From: a virus
Strand: one strand, 5' to 3'
IMG/VR virus record: IMGVR_UViG_3300021962_000040
Span: 53,754-117,753 of that record
DNA length: 64,000 nucleotides
Translations under genes and position numbers: made by a program
Shown here: piece after piece, positions 1 through 9,801 of the stretch
How positions within the stretch are numbered: position 1 is the first letter of the stretch
Layout: every line of letters starts with the position of its first letter
Notes under the pieces: model-generated
Seen by the model: only the letters and a program-made list of their open reading frames with translations
Database searches by the model: none
What the model was told of the DNA's origin: nothing

Positions 1-1
1 A

Positions 2-397
2 AAAAGTATAATAAGGATATTTAACAGACAAGTGTGGGAAGCTGTAATTAAATATAGAGATGGAGTAGAATTACCAGATTCACTTGGTTATTTGTTCATA
101 GGAACATGTGCACCAAGCAAGTCTGTGAATACTAATTATGCTTTATCAAAGCAGTATGGAAAAGTACTGCAGAATAAGAACTGGGAAACTGATGGTAATT
201 TGGGTAAAATCTTTTATACCAATTGGTCCACCAAGTATAAGTTTAAGAACCGTGAGTTGTGGAGATTTGAAGCAGTTAGAGACTTTAAAAGAACTGTTGC
301 TAAAGAATATCCTGAGAACTGGACTAAGTATGTGTTTATGAAAAACAAATACAGAGTAGCTCACTTATACTCCGCCAAAACTGCTGAAAAAGTATAG
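2..397 (+). CDS. 5'-truncated IHF/HU-like protein of the crAss-like tail module
   Basis: Frame is open from the window edge (KSIIRIFNRQVWEAV...). GVELPDSLGYLFIG resembles the HU/IHF beta-arm entry. Position directly upstream of ring/muzzle genes matches crAss-like synteny. Confidence 0.5.
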   Translation, partial: KSIIRIFNRQVWEAVIKYRDGVELPDSLGYLFIGTCAPSKSVNTNYALSKQYGKVLQNKNWETDGNLGKIFYTNWSTKYKFKNRELWRFEAVRDFKRTVAKEYPENWTKYVFMKNKYRVAHLYSAKTAEKV

Positions 398-424
398 TTT
401 TGGCTAACTATAAAAATTAAAAAC

Positions 425-1090
425 ATGGCAACAATTGCAGACGTAGTATCAAGAATAAGGGGTCAAATAAAGGCAGAAAGTCAAGATGCTTTTACTACTG
501 ACCGATACATATATAGCCTTATCCAGAAGTTTTCTCAAGTATTAATGAGAAGACAAGACTTTGCTAATAAGTTAATGAAGTTTAACTCAATATGGAAAAC
601 TCTTCCTTATGTAGAACTTATTGAAGTAGATAAAGTAGAAGCTCATTGTTCAGGCATTCAAAGTGGCTGTACAATTATGAGAACAAAGAATCCATTGCCT
701 GATATGATTGAAGGTTACTGGGGCCCATTGATTAGAAGTATTACTTCAATTGACGGTTCTCAAGAATTACAACCTACTCAACCAGCTACCTATCTGTCAA
801 TGACAAAGACAACATCTTTTAGATATAATACAACCAAGTACTTTTGGTTTATTGATCATCACATTTACTTTCCAGATTTGGAATGGGATGCTGTTAAGAT
901 AGAAGCTGTTTTTGATTCAGACATTTCAGCTTGGCAATGTGATGATAAGTGCGTTCCAATATATGAGCAAGACATCAATATTCCAGAATCTTTATTTGCT
1001 GAGGTTGAATCTCAAGTTTTAACTGTGATGAGTAATACTTTGAGAATTCCTTCAGAAGATTCTGATAACAAAATAAATCCCCATAGATAA
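425..1090 (+). CDS. Tail tubular/ring protein (crAss-like)
   Basis: 221 aa. N-terminal TIADVVSRIR..DAFTTDRYIY pattern and position before the muzzle gene; assignment is mainly from synteny. Confidence 0.6.
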   Translation: MATIADVVSRIRGQIKAESQDAFTTDRYIYSLIQKFSQVLMRRQDFANKLMKFNSIWKTLPYVELIEVDKVEAHCSGIQSGCTIMRTKNPLPDMIEGYWGPLIRSITSIDGSQELQPTQPATYLSMTKTTSFRYNTTKYFWFIDHHIYFPDLEWDAVKIEAVFDSDISAWQCDDKCVPIYEQDINIPESLFAEVESQVLTVMSNTLRIPSEDSDNKINPHR

Positions 1091-1977
1091 TGGCAATCTC
1101 TCATAAATATAGAACCTTTGATCAACTGTACAATGATGTTACAGTTGATTTTGCTGCATATGCTCTAGAGGGTTTTATAGACCCTCAGCAATTGATTAAA
1201 GTAGCTACTAGAGTTAATTATGATTTGGGTCTAAGAATTCATAGAACTAAAGAAGTAGTGTTAGATGTTGAGCATGGTAAGGCTAGATTGCCTTATGACT
1301 TTGCCTATTTAAACTATGCATTTAGATGTGGCAGCTATACAGTTGCTGACAGACAACCAAGTGGTACTCACATTGAAACATTTAATGATGTTCCTTATGT
1401 ACCAGCTCCAGGAGAATCTGGTCCATGTAAAGACCCTACCTGCAAAGATGTATGTGTTATAAAGACTTGTGATAATAAGAATGAATATCAGATTGTTCAA
1501 AAAGTAGGTGGTGCAAATCAGTATAGAGTATTTACTGCTTTTGTTCCATTGAGAATGAACACTGTTAATAAGTTTACTTGTGACTGTCCTAATATTAATG
1601 AGCAGGCGGCAGATGTTGCTGAAATCAAGGATGGTTTTATTCTAACCTCTTTTACTACAGGTAAGGTTTATTTAAACTATCAAGGGGCAATGGAAGATAC
1701 TGATGGAAATTTGCTTGTCTTAGATCATCCTTATTGTAATGAATACTATGAATACGCATTAAAGCAAAGAGTCATAGAAAATATGATTTTTGCTGGTGAA
1801 AATCTAGGCAGTCAGTTGACATTGATTGAGCAGAGATTAAGAGCTGCTAGAAACAATGCATTGAGTTTTGTTAATACCCCAGACTTTAGAGAACTATATG
1901 AAGTATGGTGGAATAACAGAAGAGCTCAATATCATAATTATTATAACATGTTTAAAAGTCATCCAGTGATTGGATAA
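1090..1977 (+). CDS. Tail ring/adaptor protein (crAss-like)
   Basis: 295 aa, coupled by TAATG overlap. GFILTSFTTGKVYLNY..DGNLLVLD motif resembles crAss ring proteins. Has a Cys-rich loop. Confidence 0.6.
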   Translation: MAISHKYRTFDQLYNDVTVDFAAYALEGFIDPQQLIKVATRVNYDLGLRIHRTKEVVLDVEHGKARLPYDFAYLNYAFRCGSYTVADRQPSGTHIETFNDVPYVPAPGESGPCKDPTCKDVCVIKTCDNKNEYQIVQKVGGANQYRVFTAFVPLRMNTVNKFTCDCPNINEQAADVAEIKDGFILTSFTTGKVYLNYQGAMEDTDGNLLVLDHPYCNEYYEYALKQRVIENMIFAGENLGSQLTLIEQRLRAARNNALSFVNTPDFRELYEVWWNNRRAQYHNYYNMFKSHPVIG

Positions 1978-1986
1978 TAATTTATT

Positions 1987-4900
1987 ATGGCACAACAACA
2001 GTATTCAAACTCCTCTTCTATAGAGACCAATACTTTTGCAAAAGGTATGGTGAAGGATTTATATGCTTCATTACAACCTAAAGAAAACTGGTCTCATGCT
2101 AGAAATGCATATAATAACTCAGTAGATGGGGATGCTGGTGTCATTGGTAATGAGCCGGCAAACTTGCAATGTGGAATTGTTCCATATACAATTATTGGAT
2201 TTATACATAAAAGAGCAGATCAATGGTATGTATTTTCAACAGATGACATCAATTCAGAAATTGGATTTTATGATGAAAGTACCTGTAGTTATACAACTAT
2301 TGTAAATGATCCTTGCTTAAACTTTAATAGAAAGTTCTTAATTACAGGTGCTTCAAAAGAGAACTATGATTGCACTTGGCAGATTTACTGGGATGATTCT
2401 AACAATCCGTCAAGAACTTTGAATGTTGATGAAATTCCTTGGGTACAAACCATAGTAAGTGCACCCGGCTCTGATTGTATTATTTATCAAGATACAGCAG
2501 TACTTGATTGTGAAAAACTAAGATTAGCTCCACTAGTTAATACACCTTGTTTAAACTTAACAAAAGCTCTTGATGGTGGTTTGTTAAGAAATGGTACATA
2601 TCAAGCATTTATTGCTTATATGGAAAATGATGTTGTTGTTACAGACTATATTGGTATTTCTAATCTTCAGAGCTTATTCAATCATGATAACAATGCTGGA
2701 TCTTTAAACATAGAAATAACTAATCTTGATAAAGACTATGAGTTCTTCCAACTTGTTATTCTTAGTAACAATCAACAAAACATTGTTGCAAAGATAATTG
2801 GAAGCTATAGCACAGAGCAATCTAATATTAGCATTGATTATATTGATCCGGCAACATTAAGTCTTGACTTTACAGTTTTATTTGCTAGAAAGCCTGCCTA
2901 TGAAAAATCAGATGCAATGTATGTTGTAAATGATTATTTGATTAGACAGGGTCCTACAGAACAATTTGATTTTAATTATCAACCAATTGCAAATCAGATT
3001 AAAACTAACTGGGTTGTTGCTGAATATCCATCTACATACTATTATAAAGGTGGTAATAAAACAGGTTTCTTAAGAGATGAGGTTTACTCATTCTTTATTA
3101 GATGGATCTATAATACAGGTGAAAGAAGTAAATCATATCACATTCCCGGTAGACCTCCTAAACTTGCAGGTGAAAACCAGTATGGTGAAGTAGTAAATGA
3201 AACAGCTCAATCAAACGGTATTAACTCCCTTAATGGGCCAAACTATAACTTTGAGGTATTTGATACGTCAACTGTTACATCATTAGCACCTTTACCGTTA
3301 ACTGATGGTGGTGTTATTTTAGGTAGGGGTGAGATGGGTTATTGGCAGTCTACTGAACAATACCCTGCTACTAAACCAGAAATATGGAATGCAACTTATG
3401 TAGATCCTACAAATGGCGTGAACATTGGTGCTACGTCAAATCAACAGTTTGATCTTTGTGGTAAAAAGATTAGACATCATAAGATGCCTACAGAAGAAAA
3501 AAATTCAATTCTTCAGATCTATAGTACTACATCAGATGCTGTTAGAATCTTAGGAGTTGAGTTTACAAATATTGGCAAACCTAAATTTAATGATGGAACA
3601 TATATTCCTAACATTGTAGGTTATGAAATTTTAAGAGGATCAAGAGAAGGTGCTAAATCTGTTTTAGCAAAAGGTATATTTAGGAACATGCGTAAGTATA
3701 CAATTCCAAATAATACCACCACTCTTCAAGGTCTTTATCCAAACTACCCATATAATGACTTAACACCTGACATCTATTTTCATGATGGTGCAAATGGTAG
3801 TGGTCCTGGTAAAATGACAGATGGTTGTGATAACTTAACAGATTCAATAAACAATCATGCTCCATTAACCGGATATGCTCAGAATGTATTTACATTTCAC
3901 TCTCCTGAGTTGATGTTTAAAAGACCATATCTTAACTCTTATGAAGCAAGATTATATGGTGAACTTAATGGCACATCTATTGGATACTTTATCAAATCAG
4001 AACAACACCCTCAGTATAAATTATTGAGAAACGTTGCTGCATTACTATCAGGTATTATAGGTGTTGGTTATGCTATTAATGCTATTCAGGGTATTAGAAA
4101 GAATAAAATTAATTATGCTATACCAACTTGGGAAGCTGGTAATGCTGATAGCTGGTTTGTAGCTGGATTTACTAATGGTACTACATCAGTTAACCAAGGT
4201 ATAAACGTTGGTATAGCGGCTGCAGCACTTGCCGGAACTAGTGGTAATGCTCTTGCTGAAATTTTATCAGATGATGGTTATGCTGTAGGTTCTTTATTTG
4301 GAGGAACAGGTGTTAGACAACTTGCAAATATTCAACAAGGTGTTGTTCAATCAGCATTTGGTTTAACTCCATTAATTAGAGGTGGTTCTGCGGAAAAGGA
4401 ATTTGAACTTAGAGATGAAGCTGGTGGAATGCCTTCTGTTCTTCAAGTATTTATCAGCTGGTTAACTGCTAGACAAAAAATTGCAGAAGGTGCTCAAAAG
4501 ATTATTGATGTAATTTACAATTTTGTTCAGCCTTCTGATTTTGCTTTGAAGCATAATTCACATGCTGATATATTTAATTACTCTCCAACTATTAATGGAA
4601 ATAGATATAGATCAATAGTTAGAGAACAGAATTATATTGGATCCGCTTTTCAAGTGTTTGATGGTCAATATAAAATTAACAACTTATTTAGACCAAGAAC
4701 TGCAGCTATTGCAATTACAGATACATTTAATGATCCTCAAGTAAAAGATACCTCAAGATATGTTGTAGGTGGTGGTTACAATAGTGCTGGTACTGGTATT
4801 AATACAAGTTACAACTATTTAGAATCCCCTGGTGTACCTAGAGCAAGGAGTGTATCAATGCATTACGGTGCTTTGAAGTTTAATTTTCAAAATCAATATG

Positions 4901-7900
4901 GACAAATAGACGGTATCAAGCAAGTGGTGATGAGAGGTTGTGTTAACTTTGTTGATCCAAAAAAACCAGATGCCTTTAAATATTCCAGTGATTCTTTATT
5001 TGCCGGAGATACATACATTGGTAGATATACTGAAAAAGTTATCATGCCAATCTTTAGTGATTTCTTATATGGTCAACCTGATGGATATACTTATGACTAT
5101 TTAAAAAGGGTTAATATCCCTTATCCAAGATTCTGGATGAATACTCAAAAGTATGATACTACAGATTTGGCCAATGAGATTATGACATTAGGTTTAGCAA
5201 ATACACAACAAGCTTTACCTAATGACCTTTACTATTTAGACAGAGGTGATAGTTGTAGCACATTTGCTACAATGTTTGGAGCTTCAGATCCTAACCCAGC
5301 ATTTGCAATGAGATATGCATACATGTATACTCATTGTAATGGTGTTTTGGATTTCTTTGTAGAATCAGAATTGAATATTGTACAAAGAGACTGGGAAGAT
5401 AGAAGAAAGGATAGACATTATGATGCCTATGAATACAATGATGTAGATGAGTTATTCCATGCAGATATTATCAAAGAAGATAACTTCTACAAATATGATT
5501 ACTCTTTAAGTGCTAGTAGATTTATCACTAACCTAACATCATACGGTGAAGTACAAACAAGAGATTATGATCCTCATGAAGCAGAGACTTGTTTTGATTA
5601 CTATCCAAATAGATTAATCTATTCTTTACAATCTCAAGAAGAAGCCAAGAAAGATTTCTGGAGAGTATTCTTACCAAACAACTACAAGGAGTTTAAGGAT
5701 AAGGTGAGCGTAATTAAACCAATGAGTAAAAATGGTGCAATCATATTCTTCCCTTATATGTCACCACAATTGTTCCAAGGTGTAGATACACTTGAAACAG
5801 ATCTTGGTACTAAGCTTACAATTGGAGACGGTGGTTTATTTAGCCAACCATTCCAGAATGTTGCAAATTCTGATTTACCAAATGAATATGGATCTTGTGA
5901 AAGTGCAAGAACTGTTGTTAATACTCCTCTTGGTTTATTCTATTTATCACAAGCTCAAGGTAAGGTTTTCCAATTTACAGGTAGCTTAGAGAACATTGCA
6001 AACCGTGGAATGAAGTGGTGGTTTAATAAGTATTTACCATCTGTTTTAATTAGAGAGTTTCCTGAATTAGAAGGTACTCCTTTAGCAGATAATCCTGTTA
6101 TTGGTGTTGGTTGTCAAGCTGTATATGATATCAATGATGACATTGTATACTTCTGTAAAAAGGACTTTAGTGTTAAACCACAATACAAAGCTGGTATGAC
6201 ATTTAATCCTGTGACTAATACTTTCACTTATGTGTATCCATCAGGACTTCAAATTCCAGTTACACTTGGAGATAAGTTTTTCTTTGATGATGCTTGCTGG
6301 ACTGTATCATATGATCCAAAAGCAAAAGCTTGGATATCTTTTCATGACTGGTGTCCTGAATTAACTATACCAAGTATAAATCACTTCTTAACAACTAAGA
6401 CAGTTGATCTTGAAGAACCTTATTGTCCTCCTGGATATAGTTATAATCCAAACACTCAACAGTGTGAAAGAGCTTTTAGTGAATCTGCACCAGCTGTTGT
6501 TACCGTTCAGGAATTAGAAGCAATCATAACAGGCGGTCCTCAAAACTGTTTGTTTGACGTAATACTTGCAGTTGATACATCCGGAAGTACGGGTGGATCT
6601 TCTGGATCAATTGGTCAGGCTGAAAGAACTTTTGTTACTGAGTTTATCAATAATCCAAATATTCAAAGTGGTTTAGCTTTAGGAAATATTCAAATCGGCA
6701 TTACTTCATGGGCCAGTACTAATCAAAATATTAGTATGTCACCAAATGGATTCTCAATGAGCAATACTTTAACAGCTGCTCAAGTTGATGCGTGGTATGT
6801 AGCTAACTGGTACAATGGTGGTACTTCTGTTGCATCTGCAATGGTATTTGCTCAGAATATTTTGAATAACAAGGTTGGTTCACAACTTGGTGATAGAACA
6901 GCTCTTGCAAACTTTAAACAGTATCTTGTAATTATTACAGATACTACAGCACCACCTCCAGCAAATACAGGATGTGCATATCAATCTAATACATTAGGTG
7001 GATCCAGTACAGGTCCTGCTAATCAGTTTGTAATGGCTGTGTTTGCCGGAGCTACAAGCCCTACTCCACCAAACCCTGGTACATTAAGTAATATTAGCTG
7101 TAACCAACCTTCTTATGAGTTTGGTGTAGCTGGTAATGATTTGCCTGGTATTGCAGCTGTTGTTGATAGTGTATTTGCACAAGCTTGTGGTGGCGGTTAT
7201 CAATGTAATTGTCCAACAGGATATACTTTAGTTTATCCAAATACTACAACTACTCCAATACACTGGACTCAATCAACAGGTACATGTGCACCAAATGGTG
7301 GTGATAGTTATGCTCCTATTTGTAGAAGGGTAACTTGTGCATGTCCTCCACCTCCTGCAGTTTGGGCTACAACAACTCAAACAGGTCAGTGTGATAACTT
7401 GTATTTAGCTGGACCAAATGGCGATCCTAATTATGTTAACCAGACTCCATTGACATGTAATTATATTGGTTTAGAAACTACACCAGCAAGTAATAAGTCT
7501 GGTAGTATCTGGAGACATAATTACCGTTGTGATTTGTACTCTAACTATTATGGTCAAGATTACCCATGGGAAGTTGAATTAATTGAGAATACAGGTCAAA
7601 TTGTAAATACAATTAGAAGTGTTGAGTATCAATTAGAATCCTATGTTTACAAAGGAGATCTTTATCATGGTTGTGGAGATGATAGATGGCATGATCTAGA
7701 CTTTAACTTTGATGAGGCTATTCTTTACAATACTGAACAAGTGTCTGGATTACTTACATTAGAACTTAATCCAAAGGAAAACCCTTATAATATTCTTCAG
7801 TATCCTATTGTAGGAGCTAATGATATCAAAATACTTTATTCAAAAGAAGAACAGAAGTATAGATTTAATCAGTTCTGGGATGTCACAAAAGATAGAGGAG

Positions 7901-8115
7901 AGTTTTCAAATGCTGAGCAAGAAATCTTTATAACAAGATTGAATGGTTATATCAGAGATCTGAATGCAGCTAACCTTAACTACCAGAAAGCTGAAGACCA
8001 AAGAAAGAAGTTTAGACACTATTACAATAAACTTATCTTAAGAAGAAAAGTATCTGGTGATAGAAAAATGCTTCTCAAACTTAATAATACTAAATTAGTT
8101 TTATCTCTTAGATAA
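1987..8115 (+). CDS. Tail stabilisation/muzzle protein (P22 gp10-like) with inserted vWA domain
   Basis: 2042 aa. N-terminal NTFAKGMVKD, RDEVYSFFIRW and C-terminal WTVSYDPKAKAWISFHDW are typical of the crAss muzzle. vWA MIDAS motif DTSGS near 6575-6590. Confidence 0.75.
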   Translation: MAQQQYSNSSSIETNTFAKGMVKDLYASLQPKENWSHARNAYNNSVDGDAGVIGNEPANLQCGIVPYTIIGFIHKRADQWYVFSTDDINSEIGFYDESTCSYTTIVNDPCLNFNRKFLITGASKENYDCTWQIYWDDSNNPSRTLNVDEIPWVQTIVSAPGSDCIIYQDTAVLDCEKLRLAPLVNTPCLNLTKALDGGLLRNGTYQAFIAYMENDVVVTDYIGISNLQSLFNHDNNAGSLNIEITNLDKDYEFFQLVILSNNQQNIVAKIIGSYSTEQSNISIDYIDPATLSLDFTVLFARKPAYEKSDAMYVVNDYLIRQGPTEQFDFNYQPIANQIKTNWVVAEYPSTYYYKGGNKTGFLRDEVYSFFIRWIYNTGERSKSYHIPGRPPKLAGENQYGEVVNETAQSNGINSLNGPNYNFEVFDTSTVTSLAPLPLTDGGVILGRGEMGYWQSTEQYPATKPEIWNATYVDPTNGVNIGATSNQQFDLCGKKIRHHKMPTEEKNSILQIYSTTSDAVRILGVEFTNIGKPKFNDGTYIPNIVGYEILRGSREGAKSVLAKGIFRNMRKYTIPNNTTTLQGLYPNYPYNDLTPDIYFHDGANGSGPGKMTDGCDNLTDSINNHAPLTGYAQNVFTFHSPELMFKRPYLNSYEARLYGELNGTSIGYFIKSEQHPQYKLLRNVAALLSGIIGVGYAINAIQGIRKNKINYAIPTWEAGNADSWFVAGFTNGTTSVNQGINVGIAAAALAGTSGNALAEILSDDGYAVGSLFGGTGVRQLANIQQGVVQSAFGLTPLIRGGSAEKEFELRDEAGGMPSVLQVFISWLTARQKIAEGAQKIIDVIYNFVQPSDFALKHNSHADIFNYSPTINGNRYRSIVREQNYIGSAFQVFDGQYKINNLFRPRTAAIAITDTFNDPQVKDTSRYVVGGGYNSAGTGINTSYNYLESPGVPRARSVSMHYGALKFNFQNQYGQIDGIKQVVMRGCVNFVDPKKPDAFKYSSDSLFAGDTYIGRYTEKVIMPIFSDFLYGQPDGYTYDYLKRVNIPYPRFWMNTQKYDTTDLANEIMTLGLANTQQALPNDLYYLDRGDSCSTFATMFGASDPNPAFAMRYAYMYTHCNGVLDFFVESELNIVQRDWEDRRKDRHYDAYEYNDVDELFHADIIKEDNFYKYDYSLSASRFITNLTSYGEVQTRDYDPHEAETCFDYYPNRLIYSLQSQEEAKKDFWRVFLPNNYKEFKDKVSVIKPMSKNGAIIFFPYMSPQLFQGVDTLETDLGTKLTIGDGGLFSQPFQNVANSDLPNEYGSCESARTVVNTPLGLFYLSQAQGKVFQFTGSLENIANRGMKWWFNKYLPSVLIREFPELEGTPLADNPVIGVGCQAVYDINDDIVYFCKKDFSVKPQYKAGMTFNPVTNTFTYVYPSGLQIPVTLGDKFFFDDACWTVSYDPKAKAWISFHDWCPELTIPSINHFLTTKTVDLEEPYCPPGYSYNPNTQQCERAFSESAPAVVTVQELEAIITGGPQNCLFDVILAVDTSGSTGGSSGSIGQAERTFVTEFINNPNIQSGLALGNIQIGITSWASTNQNISMSPNGFSMSNTLTAAQVDAWYVANWYNGGTSVASAMVFAQNILNNKVGSQLGDRTALANFKQYLVIITDTTAPPPANTGCAYQSNTLGGSSTGPANQFVMAVFAGATSPTPPNPGTLSNISCNQPSYEFGVAGNDLPGIAAVVDSVFAQACGGGYQCNCPTGYTLVYPNTTTTPIHWTQSTGTCAPNGGDSYAPICRRVTCACPPPPAVWATTTQTGQCDNLYLAGPNGDPNYVNQTPLTCNYIGLETTPASNKSGSIWRHNYRCDLYSNYYGQDYPWEVELIENTGQIVNTIRSVEYQLESYVYKGDLYHGCGDDRWHDLDFNFDEAILYNTEQVSGLLTLELNPKENPYNILQYPIVGANDIKILYSKEEQKYRFNQFWDVTKDRGEFSNAEQEIFITRLNGYIRDLNAANLNYQKAEDQRKKFRHYYNKLILRRKVSGDRKMLLKLNNTKLVLSLR

Positions 8116-9755
8116 TGAAAGGCAAACTTGATTACATACATAGAAGAGGCTTACCCGGAGGACCTAATGAACAGTTTACTTATGTAACTGGAGTGTTCTC
8201 TGTGGATGGCTATAGAAATGATTCTCCAGATGTAAATAATTCTTTTAATGTTATTCCTTCAGGTAGAATTACTATGAAAGAAAAGGATGGGCAACCTTTG
8301 AAAAAAGGACCCATTCTTGGTATTGATAATCTAGGTAATCAACAAATGATGATGCCTGGAGGAGAATATCAGTTTCCTGGTAATCAGGTATTTGAACTAC
8401 CTCTTAAAAAAGAAGGTGGTGCATTACTAGACAAAACTATTAAATGTTCTGGTTGTGGTTGGGAATGGAAAGCTGTTGATGGTGGTTCTGATATTATGGA
8501 CTGTCATAAGTGTGGTGGTGAAGGATTGGTTAAAGCACAAGACGGTATTGAAGTAGATGAAGAAGATGATGATAGAGAAATGGTTGAAGGTATTGCTAAT
8601 ATCTTAAGACAAGTAAAAAGTGTTAAGAATAGAAAGCAGATTGCTGACAATATGGTTGAAGACTTTGAAGAAGAAGATGTAGATTATAATCTTCAAGAGT
8701 TTTTAAAAATGTCTAGAGTAATGAAAGAGGGAGGGGATCTAAGAAAAGCTCAGATGGGTTATATGATGCCTCCTATAGGTTTTGGTATGATGAATACCGT
8801 TTCAAATTTATATGATTATTTTTTTGGTAATGATCCAAAAGCCAATACTTCATCTGGTAAAACACCTGTAACAGAAAAAGAAAAATTAGAGTATAAGCAA
8901 TTATTTGCTGATTATAATGCTAAGAAAAAAGAGTTTGATGTTCAGAGAAGAACTAATGATAATATTTTAGGTATTGATAATTCAAAAAATATTTCTTTAT
9001 CATCTGGTAGATTTCAAGGAGCCAGTGTTTCTCCTCAAGTTGTAAATGAAGCTGTAAGTGCCGCTAAGTCACAAGGTGTTGATCCATGGTTAATGCTATC
9101 TGTAATAGGTAGAGAATCTACATTTGGTAGTGGAGCGGCTGGTAATTTAAAACGTGCTGGTGACAAAAGCAGATTAGTTTCTGGTTGGGATGTTGCTGAA
9201 AACTATCAACCTTATGAACCTTTGAGATACCTTGCCGATAAAAAGGTTCCTGGAATTGAAGTTAAAAAAGATAACCATGGTTGGCATTATGATATAGAAG
9301 ATAGACAAGCTCTAAACAACTATATTAAACAACACCCGGAATTAGTAGAACAATATAGAGAAAAGATTGAGGCTACTCCTGAACTAGGTAAATTAGATAG
9401 TTTTGATTTAGCTGCAAAGTTTCTCAAAGAAAAAGGTCTTGCAAGATATAATCCGGGAGATCCAGATTATTCTTCAATGGTTAGGCAAGATATGAAAACC
9501 TTAAAGTCTGACCCAAAGTTAAGATCATATATGAGAACACTTGGATATGAAGAAGGTGGTGAACTTGACAAATATCCAGATGGTGGTGAATTAGAACAAT
9601 ATAAAAAATATATTAATGGTGAGTATGAAAATACACCTGAAGAATTAGAGGCTGAAAAGATATATGATAAACTAAATAGAGTTTATTATAAGGCGGCTAA
9701 AGATGCAGGAATGAGTGCACCTAATTATATTATGAGCACACTACTTACACTTTAA
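8115..9755 (+). CDS. Modular virion cargo protein with Zn ribbon and lytic transglycosylase-like domain
   Basis: 546 aa. CSGC..CHKC; AAKSQGVDPWLMLSVIGRESTFG is an SLT-like catalytic Glu motif, followed later by ARYNPG. Modules are separated by xxGG motifs. Confidence 0.6.
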   Translation: MKGKLDYIHRRGLPGGPNEQFTYVTGVFSVDGYRNDSPDVNNSFNVIPSGRITMKEKDGQPLKKGPILGIDNLGNQQMMMPGGEYQFPGNQVFELPLKKEGGALLDKTIKCSGCGWEWKAVDGGSDIMDCHKCGGEGLVKAQDGIEVDEEDDDREMVEGIANILRQVKSVKNRKQIADNMVEDFEEEDVDYNLQEFLKMSRVMKEGGDLRKAQMGYMMPPIGFGMMNTVSNLYDYFFGNDPKANTSSGKTPVTEKEKLEYKQLFADYNAKKKEFDVQRRTNDNILGIDNSKNISLSSGRFQGASVSPQVVNEAVSAAKSQGVDPWLMLSVIGRESTFGSGAAGNLKRAGDKSRLVSGWDVAENYQPYEPLRYLADKKVPGIEVKKDNHGWHYDIEDRQALNNYIKQHPELVEQYREKIEATPELGKLDSFDLAAKFLKEKGLARYNPGDPDYSSMVRQDMKTLKSDPKLRSYMRTLGYEEGGELDKYPDGGELEQYKKYINGEYENTPEELEAEKIYDKLNRVYYKAAKDAGMSAPNYIMSTLLTL

Positions 9756-9775
9756 TAATTAGTAAAAGTGGTTAT

Positions 9776-9797
9776 TTATTTGTATATTAATAGTATA
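9776..9797 (+). promoter_or_regulatory. Putative late promoter (TTGTATATTA core)
   Basis: ttatttgtatattaatagtata lies just upstream of ATG 9802. Near-identical copies at ~42218, ~42972 and ~47437. Confidence 0.55.
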
Positions 9798-9801
9798 TAA
9801 T

